Counted from the first letter of the stretch, positions 25,656 through 38,514 are shown. The stretch is DNA of 64,000 nucleotides from Nemertoderma westbladi (GCA_032718475.1 JAUCBJ010006114.1:1-64000); one strand, 5' to 3'. Program-made: numbers and translations. Notes: generated from the letters alone by a model not told the origin.

Positions 25656-25707
25656 AGTACTCTGCGTTGATACCACTGCTTAAGCAGTGGTATCAACGCA
25701 GAGTACT
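25656..25707. other. Head-to-head sequencing/PCR adapter pair (SMART/ISPCR, also used as the PacBio ultra-low-input amplification adapter): technical artefact
   Basis: AGTACTCTGCGTTGATACCACTGCTT|AAGCAGTGGTATCAACGCAGAGTACT, an exact match to the well-known AAGCAGTGGTATCAACGCAGAGTAC oligo and its reverse complement. Confidence 0.97.
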
Positions 25708-27200
25708 TATATAGTATCTGGTTGGCGATGTGTGCATTGTACTTGACACAATGAACCCGGAGTAGCATTTTTGTGAATGTGCCATCCAGAGATTTGGTGT
25801 CCTCAGCAGTTAGAGCAAAGCATGGACTCCCATAGTCATCAGCAAAGTCTAGATCAGTTAGGTACTTGGAAGGATTTCCTCGACTTCTGGAGCCAGTAGG
25901 TGGAGATATCATCACCCCCATCATCATTATGATGATCTAAGGGCATGCGTAGAACATAGTCAACCACAATTATGAACAAGAATGGTGCAAGTGTGTCTCC
26001 CTGGAGGACGCCCCATAACACTTCAAATGGTTCTGTGTCACCGTCAACAGTAGACACAAATGTTGTCGAACCATCGTATACTGATCTGATTGCTGCAATA
26101 ATTTCATCAGCAATCCAATATAATGAAAGTATGCTGAACATACGTGAGCGAGAGACTGAATCAAAGGCCTTGAATAAGTCAACAAAGATAACAGCCAGAT
26201 GCCTGTCTTTCTTTTTTGATAACTCTTAAATAATCCTTGTAAGTGCCAAAATGGGCTCCATGGTCCCGTCCCACGACCTTTACGGAACCCATTCTGATTT
26301 CCACGGAGCAGTTTCTCAATGGGATCCCGATGCGATTTAGTAGAATTATATTGTATAGCTTTGCAGCAATCGAGATTAATGAGATTCCCGGAAAAGAACC
26401 ATAGAGTGTTAGGTTGCCCTTCTTAGGAACTGGCACCAACTTATTTGTTTTCATTTCTTGTGGGACTCTTGTTGTTCGGTACATGTCTACTATGATGGGA
26501 TAGATGAGCTTTAAACACTCAGGTATTTTAAAGACCTCAAGGGGAACACCATCTACTCCACTGGCACGATTGGTCTTAATGCTCTTTGCAGCAGCCTTCA
26601 CTTCTGCAAAGGATATATCGTCAATGGGAATATCTGGGAGTACAGACTCCGACACTTTTACTTCTATAAAGTTATCAGGCAATACCCTGTCATTATTGAG
26701 GAGCTTTTCAAAGTGGGCCTTCCAAGTTCCAACCATTGAGGCGATCGGCTGGTGATTCAGTCTTAACCTTGGTGGTTGGTTGGCTTTTCCGCCCAGTAAG
26801 CAAGTTGATCGATTTCCATGCCTGGGATGATTGCCTGCTGTCGTCAGCATCATTGATGGCATCAACCTGTTGGTTTATTAGCTCCTGTAGATTAACAGAG
26901 TACTGCCTGTTCAGGGACCTAGATGTAGCCTTAACTGCATTCTTGGCTGCTGTAGTCTGAGTCGGGACTCTTTCTGTGCCTTACACCTTATATAGGTCAT
27001 TTCGGCACTTCTGAATTTTGTTGTCAGTCCAGGGGGCCCTTTTCCTTTTTCGAGGGTATAGGCCTACAGGAACTGTTTCTGCAGCTGCTAACTTAACTGC
27101 TTCTGTGAACAGTGAAGGCAGTATAGCCCTCGCAGTCATCTGCCGCCTCAGGTCAGAGGCAAGAATAAAGAACGTCATGCCGGTACTTGTTGCTCAGCTG
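25708..27200 (-). mobile_element. RTE-clade non-LTR retrotransposon, frameshifted RT region
   Basis: ORF fragments WKAHFEKLLN, RASGVDGVP, LVPVPKKGNL..GISLISIAAKLYN, GVLQGDTLAPFLFIIVVD, LTDLDFADD. Confidence 0.88.
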
Positions 27201-29982
27201 TAGTGTGAAGCTGGATCCTGGATCTCACACTTGGCTGTTGCAACAGAGAGGACCAGTCCCAGTCCCAGTCCCAGTCATGCCTGCATGCCGCGGCAAGGCA
27301 GATTTCGTTGTTCTGCTAGCACGCAGACTAAGTCTTACCTTGGACACAATACAGCAATAAGGCAGTGAAGAAGGGTCTAAGTGTAAATGCATTAGGCCCT
27401 ACAGTCTTGTATAGAGCTCCTGTATTTCCTACGAAACAGTACGTGTCCAGCCTGCCAGCAGCAGAGCAGCCTGATGTTGATGTTACCGGTATACTAACTA
27501 CAAAACTAACCTCGTTAGGTAATCCCGAAACTCTTTGCTTTTCAGTTGTCCCAATAAATTTCGCACCATATTTGATGACATACTGATTTTTTTATCTTTG
27601 GTATTTTCTACCGGTACCGTACTCACTCAATGAATAGACCTACACGAATAATGTCAGATTGTCAGAATGTAGGCTACTGTCAGACTGTACTAGGTAGGTT
27701 AACTGACTGACTGAAGCTGATAAGCATACTGCGATAGCCGATAGGCCTATTGTCTGACTGCCATAACTGTAAGTTAGTTCATCATCATCGTGTCTGCACG
27801 GTACTTCACATAGCGCCCCATTTGGTGATCTCCAGTGAATGTTTGGATTTGACCTGACCAAATTGGTTTACTACGGAAGATCCGCAGTGGGCACACCTGA
27901 GCGGGTGTGGGCCACTCGGAATCCGACGAGGCGGCGCACATATTGACATTTGGCGTATGTACATTTCTTACAGTAGGGGGCCACTGGGTTAAGAGTTTTT
28001 ACGGTATACTTAATATGAGCATAAAGAAGAAAGTGTTGGCGATGTATCTGAAAAATAAATAAATAAACATTGCTCTTTGTCTCTCTCAAGTCCATCTGAT
28101 TATATTAATTACTTAATGTTATATATTCTATCTGGAATAAATTAGTTATGAACTAAAGTGTCGTGATACTACACAAAAAAGAGAATGTATCAAAGAAATG
28201 AAAAGAAAGGCAATGTTATAGTAAATGGATTTGTGTTATGCAACACTCTGCAGCAGCTGCTGGCTCCGAGGTAACTAATTTTGTATAGCCTGGGACTACT
28301 GACTGTCTCTGGGTAGTATATTGAAGACATAAGTCTGTGAAGGGGAGATAATGTTTACTTTAGCTTTGATTTATGTTGTCAGCCCGGGGCGTCCTTCCGG
28401 TTCAATGAGTTATTGGGCAGATTTATTACATTGCAAGACTGTTTGATGCTTATTGAATATGGATCGAGGTGAAGTTATTATTATAAACATTGTCTAATTA
28501 AACAGAGTTATCAGGATGTAAAACTCATTTTGTATAATGTAGTATCCTCAGACCACCTGTGACAAATATTGATGAATTGGGATAAATAGGGCTGTAGGAT
28601 GGGAGTTGGTGTGTAAGCCGCCTATGGAATCGGAAGAATATATCAAATTGACTGTTTTATATAACATTGACCTGCGGAATCAATGAGAATTGTTATGGAA
28701 GTAGAAATCTAATATTTATATCAAACACATCAACACATGCTTGGTACTGTATCAGGGGATTGCCGCCTGTCAATATGTACACGTTCTCTGAACCCAGAGT
28801 TATACTGCCGTATTTGGGCGAATACGACAGGCTACTGTACTATACAGTACGTTTGTTGTGGTTAGTGACGAGTTGTTAGTATCTCATGCAAAATAAATGT
28901 AGGACTTTGTAATTATTTTGCAAATATTGGGACCATGCATTTTCTAACTTACAGGTTTCGTTGCATTGCTTGATCAAACTTATCCTGTATTCTATAATGC
29001 GTGATATTTTACTCTCCAACGTCGGTAGAGGTGAGAAGAGGTGTGCTGTTGGTCTGCCTCTGCGTCATTGGGGCGGGGGGTTGGGGATAGTGTCAGATTC
29101 ATCTATTCGTGTTGATGGTTGGTGAGGATTCTACTTCTGGCTAGGTCTGGCCTAGAGTAGAAGCAGTTCCGCGGCAATAATAATATTGCTCCTCAAAAGA
29201 GGTCCCTTACTGCATCAGGGACGCGTTTTTCGACAGAGCCCCGTCAGTTAGTTCATTAGAATGATAAATACAGTATGCAGTACATGCAGTAATAGATCTT
29301 CTGAGCGTACCGGAACCGGTGCGGTAGGCCAACTCCAGTACTCCTTACACAGATAAACTGATAAAGCATAGGCATACAACTGCTGAACTGTACAGGCTGA
29401 AAGGCTGTAGACTGGTAGAGAGCAACAACAATAATACTGCAGTACTGTAATACAAATACAAAAGTCTGTGTCTGAAAGCTGGAAAGTACCCTACTGATAA
29501 AACCAGGAAATACAGTACCGTACTGCAGTATCCAGGTAGGTCTGGCTGAGTACTGGAGTAGAATGATAAATCTAACAAGGTCGTAAACAGACAATACCGG
29601 TACTGCAATAATACAGAAATATATTTCCAGTAATTTCAGTATTTAGAATACAAATTTCTTTCATTTCCAACACAAGCGATATTGATTCGCCATCAATATA
29701 CAGTACCTGTACCACGAACAGTTCAGTAGTTTGTTTACCAGTTATGCAGTTAACAGCCTGGGATATCAGGATATTGTAGTACTGTACAGTACAGCAGTAC
29801 AGCAGTATATTCAGAATGCAGATATTATGTTTCCATAGGTACCGGACCGGTACTGATATGTACTCAAATACGTAAGTGTACATACATGCTGCATGCTACG
29901 CCTACACCTACGGCGCCTAAGCCTACACCTACAACGTATACCTACCCAGTTTCAGCTTTAATTAAATACAGAAGGATACATG

Positions 29983-30540
29983 ACCGAACGTAATCAGGAT
30001 CGAATGTAACATAGTTATTTCGTATCGAACGTAACTGCAATTATGTTACATTGGATCCTATAACTATGTTACATTCGATCTACAAATTACTAAGCTCGAA
30101 TGTACAGATTTAAAGGAGCAGGTTACAGACAGAGGCGTGTTGGAGTTGGGGGAACCAAAACAATAAACGAAAGTTAACAGATGTTACAAGATTATGCAGG
30201 TTACTTTTATTTAAATGCTGAAAGGAGCAGAGAGGCGTGTTGGGGGAACCAAAACAATAAACGAAAGTTAACACATGTTACAAGATTATGGAGGTTACTT
30301 AATTGGGTCTTGGGTCTTTGTTTTATACTCACCAAACTGTTTCTTCCTGTAAATAAACGAAGCATTTCATCGGTTAACTCCTGAAATCAAAACACAACTG
30401 AAATAAATGTATGTTACATTCGAGCTTAGTAATTTGTAGATCGAATGCAACATAGTTATAGGATCCAATGTAACATAATTGATGTCACGTTCGATTCGTA
30501 AAAACTATGTTACATTCGATCCTGATTACGTTCGTTCGGT
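29983..30540. mobile_element. MITE/foldback with ~120-bp inverted arms and an internal ~90-bp direct duplication
   Basis: accgaacgtaatcaggatcgaatgtaacatagtt...actaagctcgaatgta is mirrored by acattcgagcttagt...tacattcgatcctgattacgttcg; ggaaccaaaacaataaacgaaagttaac occurs twice inside. Confidence 0.8.
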
Positions 30541-31809
30541 CTGTCACCCAATACAGAAATATCGAAATGAGATAAAATGTTTTTCAGACATTTCACCCTC
30601 TAACGGAAAACTTTAGAAATGCAAATGGAGCAGCGTCCCCAAAAAGGCACAGCCAGTCAGCCAGTGTTACTATATCCATGATTTTGCGATATTAGACTAT
30701 TATTCAATATATAGTAAATAGTAAATACATATTATATAAACAAGATATGGGCATAGGGCCTACAGTTCTTTCTACCCATTTTGAAAATATGTGCTGTATG
30801 CGAAGGTGTAGGCGTATGCACATGCTTTGCTTAGGTGTAGATGAGGCGTATGTTAGGCGTTTGGGGTAGGCTTGGGTGTTTGTGGGTGTAGGCGTTGGCA
30901 TAGCCGGGAAGTAGTTGTAGATATAGGCGTAGTCTTTGCCAATTTAGCCAAAATAGACTTGGTATAATAAACAAATTCTATGATCCTGCTTCAACAGTGT
31001 CACGACATCGCAATGCATCATGGGTTATCCTCGTAGAGAATTGTTGGCGATTTTGTCAAATGTTACTGTAGACTCCCAAATAAACTTCTAAACCAGATTG
31101 CCTCATGTGCTCCATACTGTAGTAGTTTGCAGCAACATATTCCACTTCAGTTGTCTACCCTTACATACACATGATAGGGCTCCTTAATTCTTTAATAAAA
31201 TATAGAATGGAATAGGCCTACAGTGTTAGAAAATAAATTTAACTGCAGTATTGCATCCATAATATTATACAGCGATTCCAATTATTGTACTCTTCAAGTC
31301 CTGATGCTGCCTTACTCAATGTTACATAATTGTTCTGGAATATTTATGAGGCATTCGCTGGGAAAAAAGTAAATTCAATGCATTCCCGTGAGATACTTTT
31401 TTTCTCCACGGAAAAATGTATAATTTTTCTCTTGATTTTGGGGTATATTCGGCGAAAATTTTCCCAGCGAAAAAATAATATAAGAAAATGTGAAAATATT
31501 ATTTTGGTGTAATTTCTTAAATTTTACTACTTGTATTGAAAGTGCATCGAAGGAGAAAAGTTTTGCACGTAAAAAATCTATGCAATGCACACAATCAAAA
31601 GTTATGTAACAGAATGAAAAGGCCAATGGAATTAGTATGGAATGAATAAACCAATCTTGGGTTGTTGCGCCAATGTTGTTCATTGGTTATAGGGCTGTGG
31701 CACCGTGGTGTGTTTGTTAGGAAGCCCACTAAAGTTGTAATAACTTTCTAAGGCCAATTCAACTGTATTTTAGAGATATTTTACTTCACACCGAAACAAC
31801 TAACAATAA

Positions 31810-32085
31810 TAAGGCCAATCTTGTGGGGCGAGCCACGAAGTCTAGGTGAGCGGTTCAATTAGTCTGTCGTTGTCGTTTGATATGTTTGAACGCTAAATAA
31901 GCCGGTAAATCTTTAATATAGTTGAACCTAACTTGGCACAAACACATGTAGTCTATAAAAAGTTTAGAAACTCTAGACACAGACAGACTTATATAGTTAA
32001 TCTGCCGACCGCTATGGGGAGTGACCAGGTCCACTAATTATATTGCTAAGCAAAGGCCCATAGAATAAGCCCCACACTCGTGTTG
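31810..32085. mobile_element. Short HINE/DINE-1-like non-autonomous element
   Basis: Sub-terminal inverted pair gtggggc (31823) / gccccac (32069), tctgtc-type micro-repeat, aacttggcac motif. Confidence 0.35.
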
Positions 32086-32466
32086 TTACTAACATCAAGA
32101 ATGTTCGTCAATCAAGTAGGGGCCTACCGATAATATCTCACATGCACGTAGAAACATGAATACAGTAGATCAGATATTTCTAAACAAATTCCGATGTGTT
32201 GGAAACCTTTCATCGAGCACTTGAGATGAGAATACCAGTTAGTTAATAATATAATACTTAATAATTATAACATGGGGAATTACTCTCTGTTAGTTTTAGT
32301 ATGACCGACTTTACTAACTAATTTTCAAAATAGGAGGACTATTAAACACTAAACAACTATTTACAACATTTCCCATTCGACTGTTAAACGACAATAGCAG
32401 TAACAATTTACACCATTACAATATAATAACGAAATATGAGAGACATTAAAATATTGCGTACCGAAA

Positions 32467-33150
32467 TCACCCCGTCGATTTGTTAAATATTTTAAATAAA
32501 AGCGAATCGGTTTCGCGACTATCCGCCCCTATCGATTCGTGTTCCTCCCTCGTTGGTCTTTGTTTAATATTCCGGAACTTATTCGGAACGAAATCCGACC
32601 GCCGTTCCGATATACTCTTCAACATTTTACTCTTTTCAACATTGCCGATAAACGCGCTAGTCTCTCGTTTCGCTTGCGAGATTTCCTGTCTCATTCTCTG
32701 GCAGTGTGTCGCCTTCTGATAGGCCGTTAACTCAGACAGATGCGTCCATTTAAACTTACTGAGATACCGAATATTCCAAAGAACGTCCCCGTACCGAGCC
32801 CGTTTCTTTCCTCCTACAGGCTGATTATTTACCGTTAGAGCAACCCGTTTAGCTAAACGTTTATTTTTGAACTCTATCCACCCGTCTGTGTATTTGGAGT
32901 TGCATTTCAGTTTGCTCTTTTTCCCGGGCTCAGACTCCCGGGGTTGTAGATAGATTCTTCCTAATTCCCCAAACTTTGAGAAATATTCCCTAATCGCTTT
33001 TACAGTCATGTACGGAGGAATTTTGCTGAGGTATATCAGGCCGTGTTCCATAAACGTCTTGGATTTTCTTTTAACAGTTTGACTTTCAGCGGAAATGTTC
33101 CGGGTTTCAGATCGCGACTCGTTATCGTCGCTACATCGATGTTCCTCCAT
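32467..33150 (-). CDS. ABT1: Activator of basal transcription 1 / Esf2 (pre-rRNA processing RRM protein), intronless
   Basis: GLIYLSKIPPYM...FSKFGELGRIYLQP...YTDGWIEF..KR.AKRVA...NN..VGGKKR...LWNIRYL.KFKW.HL.E...RMRQEISQAKRE, the ABT1/Esf2 signature. Confidence 0.93.
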   Translation of the reverse strand: MEEHRCSDDNESRSETRNISAESQTVKRKSKTFMEHGLIYLSKIPPYMTVKAIREYFSKFGELGRIYLQPRESEPGKKSKLKCNSKYTDGWIEFKNKRLAKRVALTVNNQPVGGKKRARYGDVLWNIRYLSKFKWTHLSELTAYQKATHCQRMRQEISQAKRETSAFIGNVEKSKMLKSISERRSDFVPNKFRNIKQRPTREEHESIGADSRETDSLLFKIFNKSTG

Positions 33151-33581
33151 GTCGTGATTCTTGGCGTAACCGAATAGTAAGCAGAAGGCCTACCCAACCG
33201 TTACTCCAAGCACTCTACTCCGCAGTTGTTCCCAATACAGCAATATTCACGAACAAATCGCCAATGTGATACTGTACCGGTATCTGTACTGCTGTGTAGG
33301 ACTGAACAGTATAAACCGAAAGGGAAGTAGTAGATTACTACAGTCAACAGTGCTACTGTGCTATGTCAGTACGTTATCTATGGTTATTCTAACCAAAAAA
33401 AAACAATAAACGAAACGAAAGTCTGAAAGTTAACAGAACAGGTGGGTGTTTTGATTTACTCTTAGACTCTTCAGTAGTAAATCGATGCGAAACACAACAA
33501 ATTTATTTCCCACTAAAAATAATCTACAGTATGTAGGGTATGCTACCATGGAATGCTATATTTATTCTAGTATAATAACAC

Positions 33582-35502
33582 TAAGCTGGCGGGGTTAAGC
33601 GAGCTTAGCATACGGGCTCCACTAACTCAATCGGTGTGTCTGTTGTACTGTCGTCTGTCGTGTCCAATTTTGATCGTTAATAACTCTGCCAATCCTCGAT
33701 GAAATCTAACTAACTTTGGTAGGCCTACACATGCTGTATGACAACAGTTTAGAAAATTTCCAAGATGAATTTGAGTGTGGCTAAGATAAAAGCAGTTAAT
33801 TAGTTAATAAAGTTGATTACGATAAAAAAAACAGCATTTTTTCTGCCTGCACTTTAATGGAAATGAATTATTTTCTAGTATAAGATTTAAATAATTTTAC
33901 TTAAAAATTATACAGCTGCAATCCCCATACCCCATTCCATTATAGTTTTTAATTAGTTCAAGTGATTTACTTAAGAAGTGTGTTTTTAATTAATTGATCT
34001 AAACGTAATTAACTTATTAAAAATGCACCTTCTCTCAACACCTTTTACCGTACTTCCATCTCCCCCATTCCATGGCGTGTTTGCTATTGCCTAGCTGGGA
34101 ACCAGTCTAACCAGTCCCACCTCACGACTACTCAAGCAATAGGTATGACAGGCAGCAGTATTGGCTGAGTATTTAATTGTGATTCTTTAGAATAATTAGC
34201 TAAATAATTTCGTTGAGCCGTTGACATGGTAAATTAATATTTCAGTATTTCAGTTTAAGGGCCTACTTTTAAAACACAAATTTTCTGTTAAATACATGCT
34301 CTCATCGTGCGTACAATGGTATATCAACATATAGTCTTAAGTGACTTGTCATGAATATAATAAATCAATCCTCAGTGCTCTTTTGGGTTGGGTTGGTGCA
34401 GATTAAAAGGCGGGTTGAAGGGGAGGAACCTTCCCCTCTTCTTTGATTTATTGGCGGTTTGGTTAAATTTCTTAAATACCGATTTTGTGATAGAATAGCT
34501 CAATTGTAATTTGTATCTCATAACTGAGCCTCGTGCTGCGCGAAGGCCCCTCGAACGTGTCAATAGTCGAGTAGGAATCTCCATTCCGTTTACAGTGTAA
34601 TCCAGGACGACGACAGTTGTGTTTAAATTCATTCACGCGAATGGAAACTTCGGCCAACAAATAATTAGAACTTAATTCAGTCATAGTATAGCTGATTATT
34701 ATGACCAAAAATGAAACATACTGTAACCTGTTAAATTGACTTGAGTGTATTGTTTTGGTTATAATTAGGCTACATATGCCACAATTCTAACATGCTCTTT
34801 TCCCTTAATTGATAATCATCGGGCGAAGTTTGCTTGTGGGCGAAGATTTACCAAGGATGGTAACTTCCCCCAATCATACCTATTAGATTGGTTAATTCCT
34901 TAAAGACAGTTATTTATTTGGCGATGGACAACCAACAGCTAAACGATCGTAGGCATTAGGCAAATGTGCAAATATAGTGAATTACTTTTTGTCAAATACA
35001 AGTTGATAAGAGATGGTTCACCTGAAATATTGAAAAAATCCCACAATCTCTCAAATTAGACTTGAATTTGATCAATAAAATTTACCTTAAAAGGTAGGCG
35101 GCCTACTTCCAAAAAAATCTAAAAGTGTTAAAGAATACAATTTCAACAAATAATAAATTTATATTATTTAATTATTAAATGTCAATCAAACTTGTGACCT
35201 CAAGTCCGATATAATTAATATTAATATTCATAAACAAAGAATATGATACGTGCAGTGCAGTTAGTGAATTACGTTAGAAATACTTTAATAACAATATTTG
35301 GTGGGAATATGAGTCTGCCGAATGAATGGGTGATGCGGAAACGTATTACACGATAAGAAATTAATGCTCAGTTATTTTTAATTTATTCAATGGAATTTAT
35401 CTGTTTTTCCACCGGAAACCAGTGTCTTATGTAGTCCTTTGTTGTTTTTGACTCCAAATAATGCGTTAACCCGCCAGAGCTTGAGGGTTCGGTCTCTCTA
35501 TT
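33582..35502. mobile_element. Putative Helentron-associated (HINE/DINE-1-like) element, possibly with nested debris
   Basis: ctggcggggttaa (33586) is inverted as ttaacccgccag (35466); ctgtcgtctgtc micro-repeat near the left end; short hairpin near the right end. Confidence 0.45.
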
Positions 35503-36007
35503 AGTAGTTTCAGAGTTTTTTTAATCTTTTATTATCTTGGTAAAATAAAGTTCCCGGTGTGGCTATCCCATCTGTTATAATGTGATGATCTGACTTCATA
35601 TTATGGTTTGAAGAAAAATAAAAAAATAATTCGGCACACCCAAATATATGCGGTGTTGTTTATGTTTATATAACGAAGTGAATATCTTATATCTACATTA
35701 CTTTACTACACATAATATCGGCACGGATTTAACATAATCGTACGTAGAGAGGGGAGGGGAGGAGGGGGGTCTATTAATTCACTGCAATTAAAATGCAACC
35801 CTCTTCAGGGGAAAATCGACGAAAATTAAAAAAGATTACGAAAAAATGAAACATTCACCTTTGCTATGACCCTTTCGTTTATGTTTTGGTTAGAATAACG
35901 TGCCACCCCCCCCCCCCCCCCCCCCCCCCTCTCTCTCGTACGTGTATCAAAAACATCTTAGAGCGTAATTATACCGGTAACATTAATATCACGATTTTAA
36001 TATCTAA

Positions 36008-37083
36008 CTAATTTTCATTCACTCGTTTCTCAAGTTTATCTAACTCATCGCCGATCGCCTTGGGGAGATCCTTATTGATCTGTTCGTCGAAATACTTGCG
36101 AATATCAGCGACTTCATTCAACCAAAACTCCCGATCTATGCTGAGTGCGGCGTCGATGTCCACATTGCGTAGCCCAGACACGTCAATAGACCCTTCGGTG
36201 GGAAGGTAACCAATAGGAGAAGACCTAGCAATCGCCTCGTTGTTGGTCCGTCGAAAGATCCATTCTAGAACGCGAGCGTTCTCCCCGAAACCGGGCCAGA
36301 TAAACTTACCGTCGGAACCCTTACGGAACCAGTTGACGTGGAACACTTTGGGTAGTTGGACCCCGGGGCGGGCCCCTAAGGACAGCCAGTGCTGCAGGTA
36401 GTGGCCGAGGTTGTACCCGAAGAACGGCCGCATCGCGAAGGGATCGTGTACCACCACCTTCATACCCATACTCTCCTGACTGGCCGACGTGGTCTCGGAA
36501 CGGATCGCGGCCCCGAGGAAGACCCCGTGGTTCCAGTCCAACGACTCGTAGACGAGCGGGACCCCCGCGGGACGACGGCCCCCGAAGAGAATGGCCTCGA
36601 TGGGGACGCCCTCGGGGTCCTGCCACCGCGGGTCCATGATGGGGCACTGTGCCGCCGGGGTGCAGAAGCGCGAGTTGGGATGGGCGGCGGAGCTCGCGTC
36701 GGGGCCCGGCTCCCAGCCCGCCTCCCCCAACCACGATGTGATCCCGACCCCCGGCCCCAATGTGCCCTCCAACCCCTCCCAGAAGACGCCGCCCTCGTCG
36801 GTCTCCGCTACGTTCGTGAACAAAGTGTTCCGGAATATGGTGTCCATGGCGATTGGGTTGGTCGACTCGGAGGTCCCGGGAGCGACTCCGAAGAACCCGG
36901 CCTCCGGGTTTATCGCTCGGAGTATCCCCTTGCTGTCGAACTTCATCCAGGCGATGTCGTCGCCGACACACTCGACTCGCCAGCCCGGTAGACTCGGTGT
37001 CATCATCGCCAGGTTCGTCTTCCCACACGCGCTAGGGAAAGCAGCGGCTATGTACTTTTTCTCCCCTTTTGGATTTGTTATAC
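36008..37083 (-). CDS. PCK2: Phosphoenolpyruvate carboxykinase [GTP], exon 2
   Basis: ttccag|GT ATA ACA...; [16 protein letters not shown] (P-loop), [62 protein letters not shown]; stop at 36008. Confidence 0.95.
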
Positions 37084-37321
37084 CTGGAATAAAAAAAAAA
37101 TAATAATTAACTGAATTATTTCGTCTGTTATAATTATTAGGTACCCGGTATTAAAGGAAAAGTAAATAATATCACTCGTGCAATAAAGTAAAGCTACAAA
37201 GTGCTAATTGATGAATAGCGATATGCAATATTTAATTGACTATAATATAATGTAATGCATTAATTTATACTGGGAATTTATTAACTATTTAATTAAATAT
37301 TAGACTATTATGACGGTTTAC

Positions 37322-38201
37322 CTAGAATCAGCATATGTTCAGCCAACCAGCCCTCGTCCCTCGCAATGCAGGAAGCTATCCGCAAGGCGAAGCATTTCTT
37401 CCCCAACAACGAGTTCCCCCCGTAACCACTGCCGAAGGATATTATCTCTCGCGTTGGCGGAAAGTGGGTTATCAGCACCTTCTCCGTGTTACACGGCCAG
37501 TTGTTCACCGCCGGTGTCGTCATTGGCAACGGACGCCCGACGCTGTGCAGACAGCGAACGAATTCCCCGTCGCCGAGCGAAGCGAGCGCGGACTGCCCCA
37601 TACGAGTCATTATCCGCATACTGGCGACCACATACGGCGAGTCAGTAAGCTGAATTCCGGTCTTAGAGAGCGGAGATCCGATGGGACCCATTGAGTATGG
37701 AACTACGTACATCGTTCGGCCTTTCATACAACCCGGAAAGCGTTTACCATTCTCCACATTAGCTTTCTCTATACTCATCCAATTATTGAGTTTACCTTTG
37801 ACCCCAGGCGACGGAGTAGGTCGCACTTCCGACTCATTATCCGTACATATGAACGTTTGGTTCTCGACTCTCGCTACGTCCTTCGGGTCGGTTCGCGTCA
37901 ACCAACAATTATCGTATTTTTCCAGTGGTGTAACAACTCCTTCGTTCTGCAGTAGAGTCAGGATTTGCTTGTTCTCTACGGCGGACCCGTCGCATATATA
38001 CACTTTATCCGGTTGACACAGTTTTATCTTATCGCCCACGAAGGACCTCACGTTGGGAGACAGTTGGTCAAGAGATCCCTTGACCAAGGTTATGCCACGG
38101 CGAGGAACGTGAGTTGTAGACCGGTTCCATCTCCAGTGTTTGTAAAAAATAACTGGTTTCTTAAACAATGAAACGTAGTTAAGCTGGCATCGAAGACTCA
38201 T
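37322..38201 (-). CDS. PCK2: PEPCK [GTP] exon 1 with a basic, mitochondrial-transit-like N-terminus (joined product ~651 aa)
   Basis: ATG at 38201; [74 protein letters not shown]|gtaaac; 238-bp phase-1 intron 37084-37321. Confidence 0.93.
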
Positions 38202-38514
38202 TTTCTTATCTTTCAACTAATTAATTAATTAGTGATTAGGCCTACACTACAGTATATGTAATGTAATAAGTACAAATGTTTTTTTATGACCGTAATCAAT
38301 TTTTTTAATGACCTACAATCAACCACACCAACCACGGTACCTACTTCCAGAAATCACAACAAATCACGTACAAATTACTAATGTCTGAGTGTGAGCAGAA
38401 GCTCGCAGCAGCAATAAATAGTTGGCACCTTTAACGGTGATTACATACCACCGACACTCCTCTTTACACAATCATCAATAGCGGTATCACTGTTCGTTCA
38501 CTGGGTGTTAAGTC

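Noticed and set aside
25656-25707. 52-bp perfect palindrome as a biological hairpin or telomere-resolution site
   Set aside because: Exact match to a synthetic library adapter
29256-29883. Overlapping 87-112 aa minus-strand ORFs
   Set aside because: Low-complexity cagtac-rich sequence with no recognisable protein motif
36321-38171. Long alternative-frame and antisense ORFs over PEPCK
   Set aside because: Explained by high GC and stop-codon scarcity
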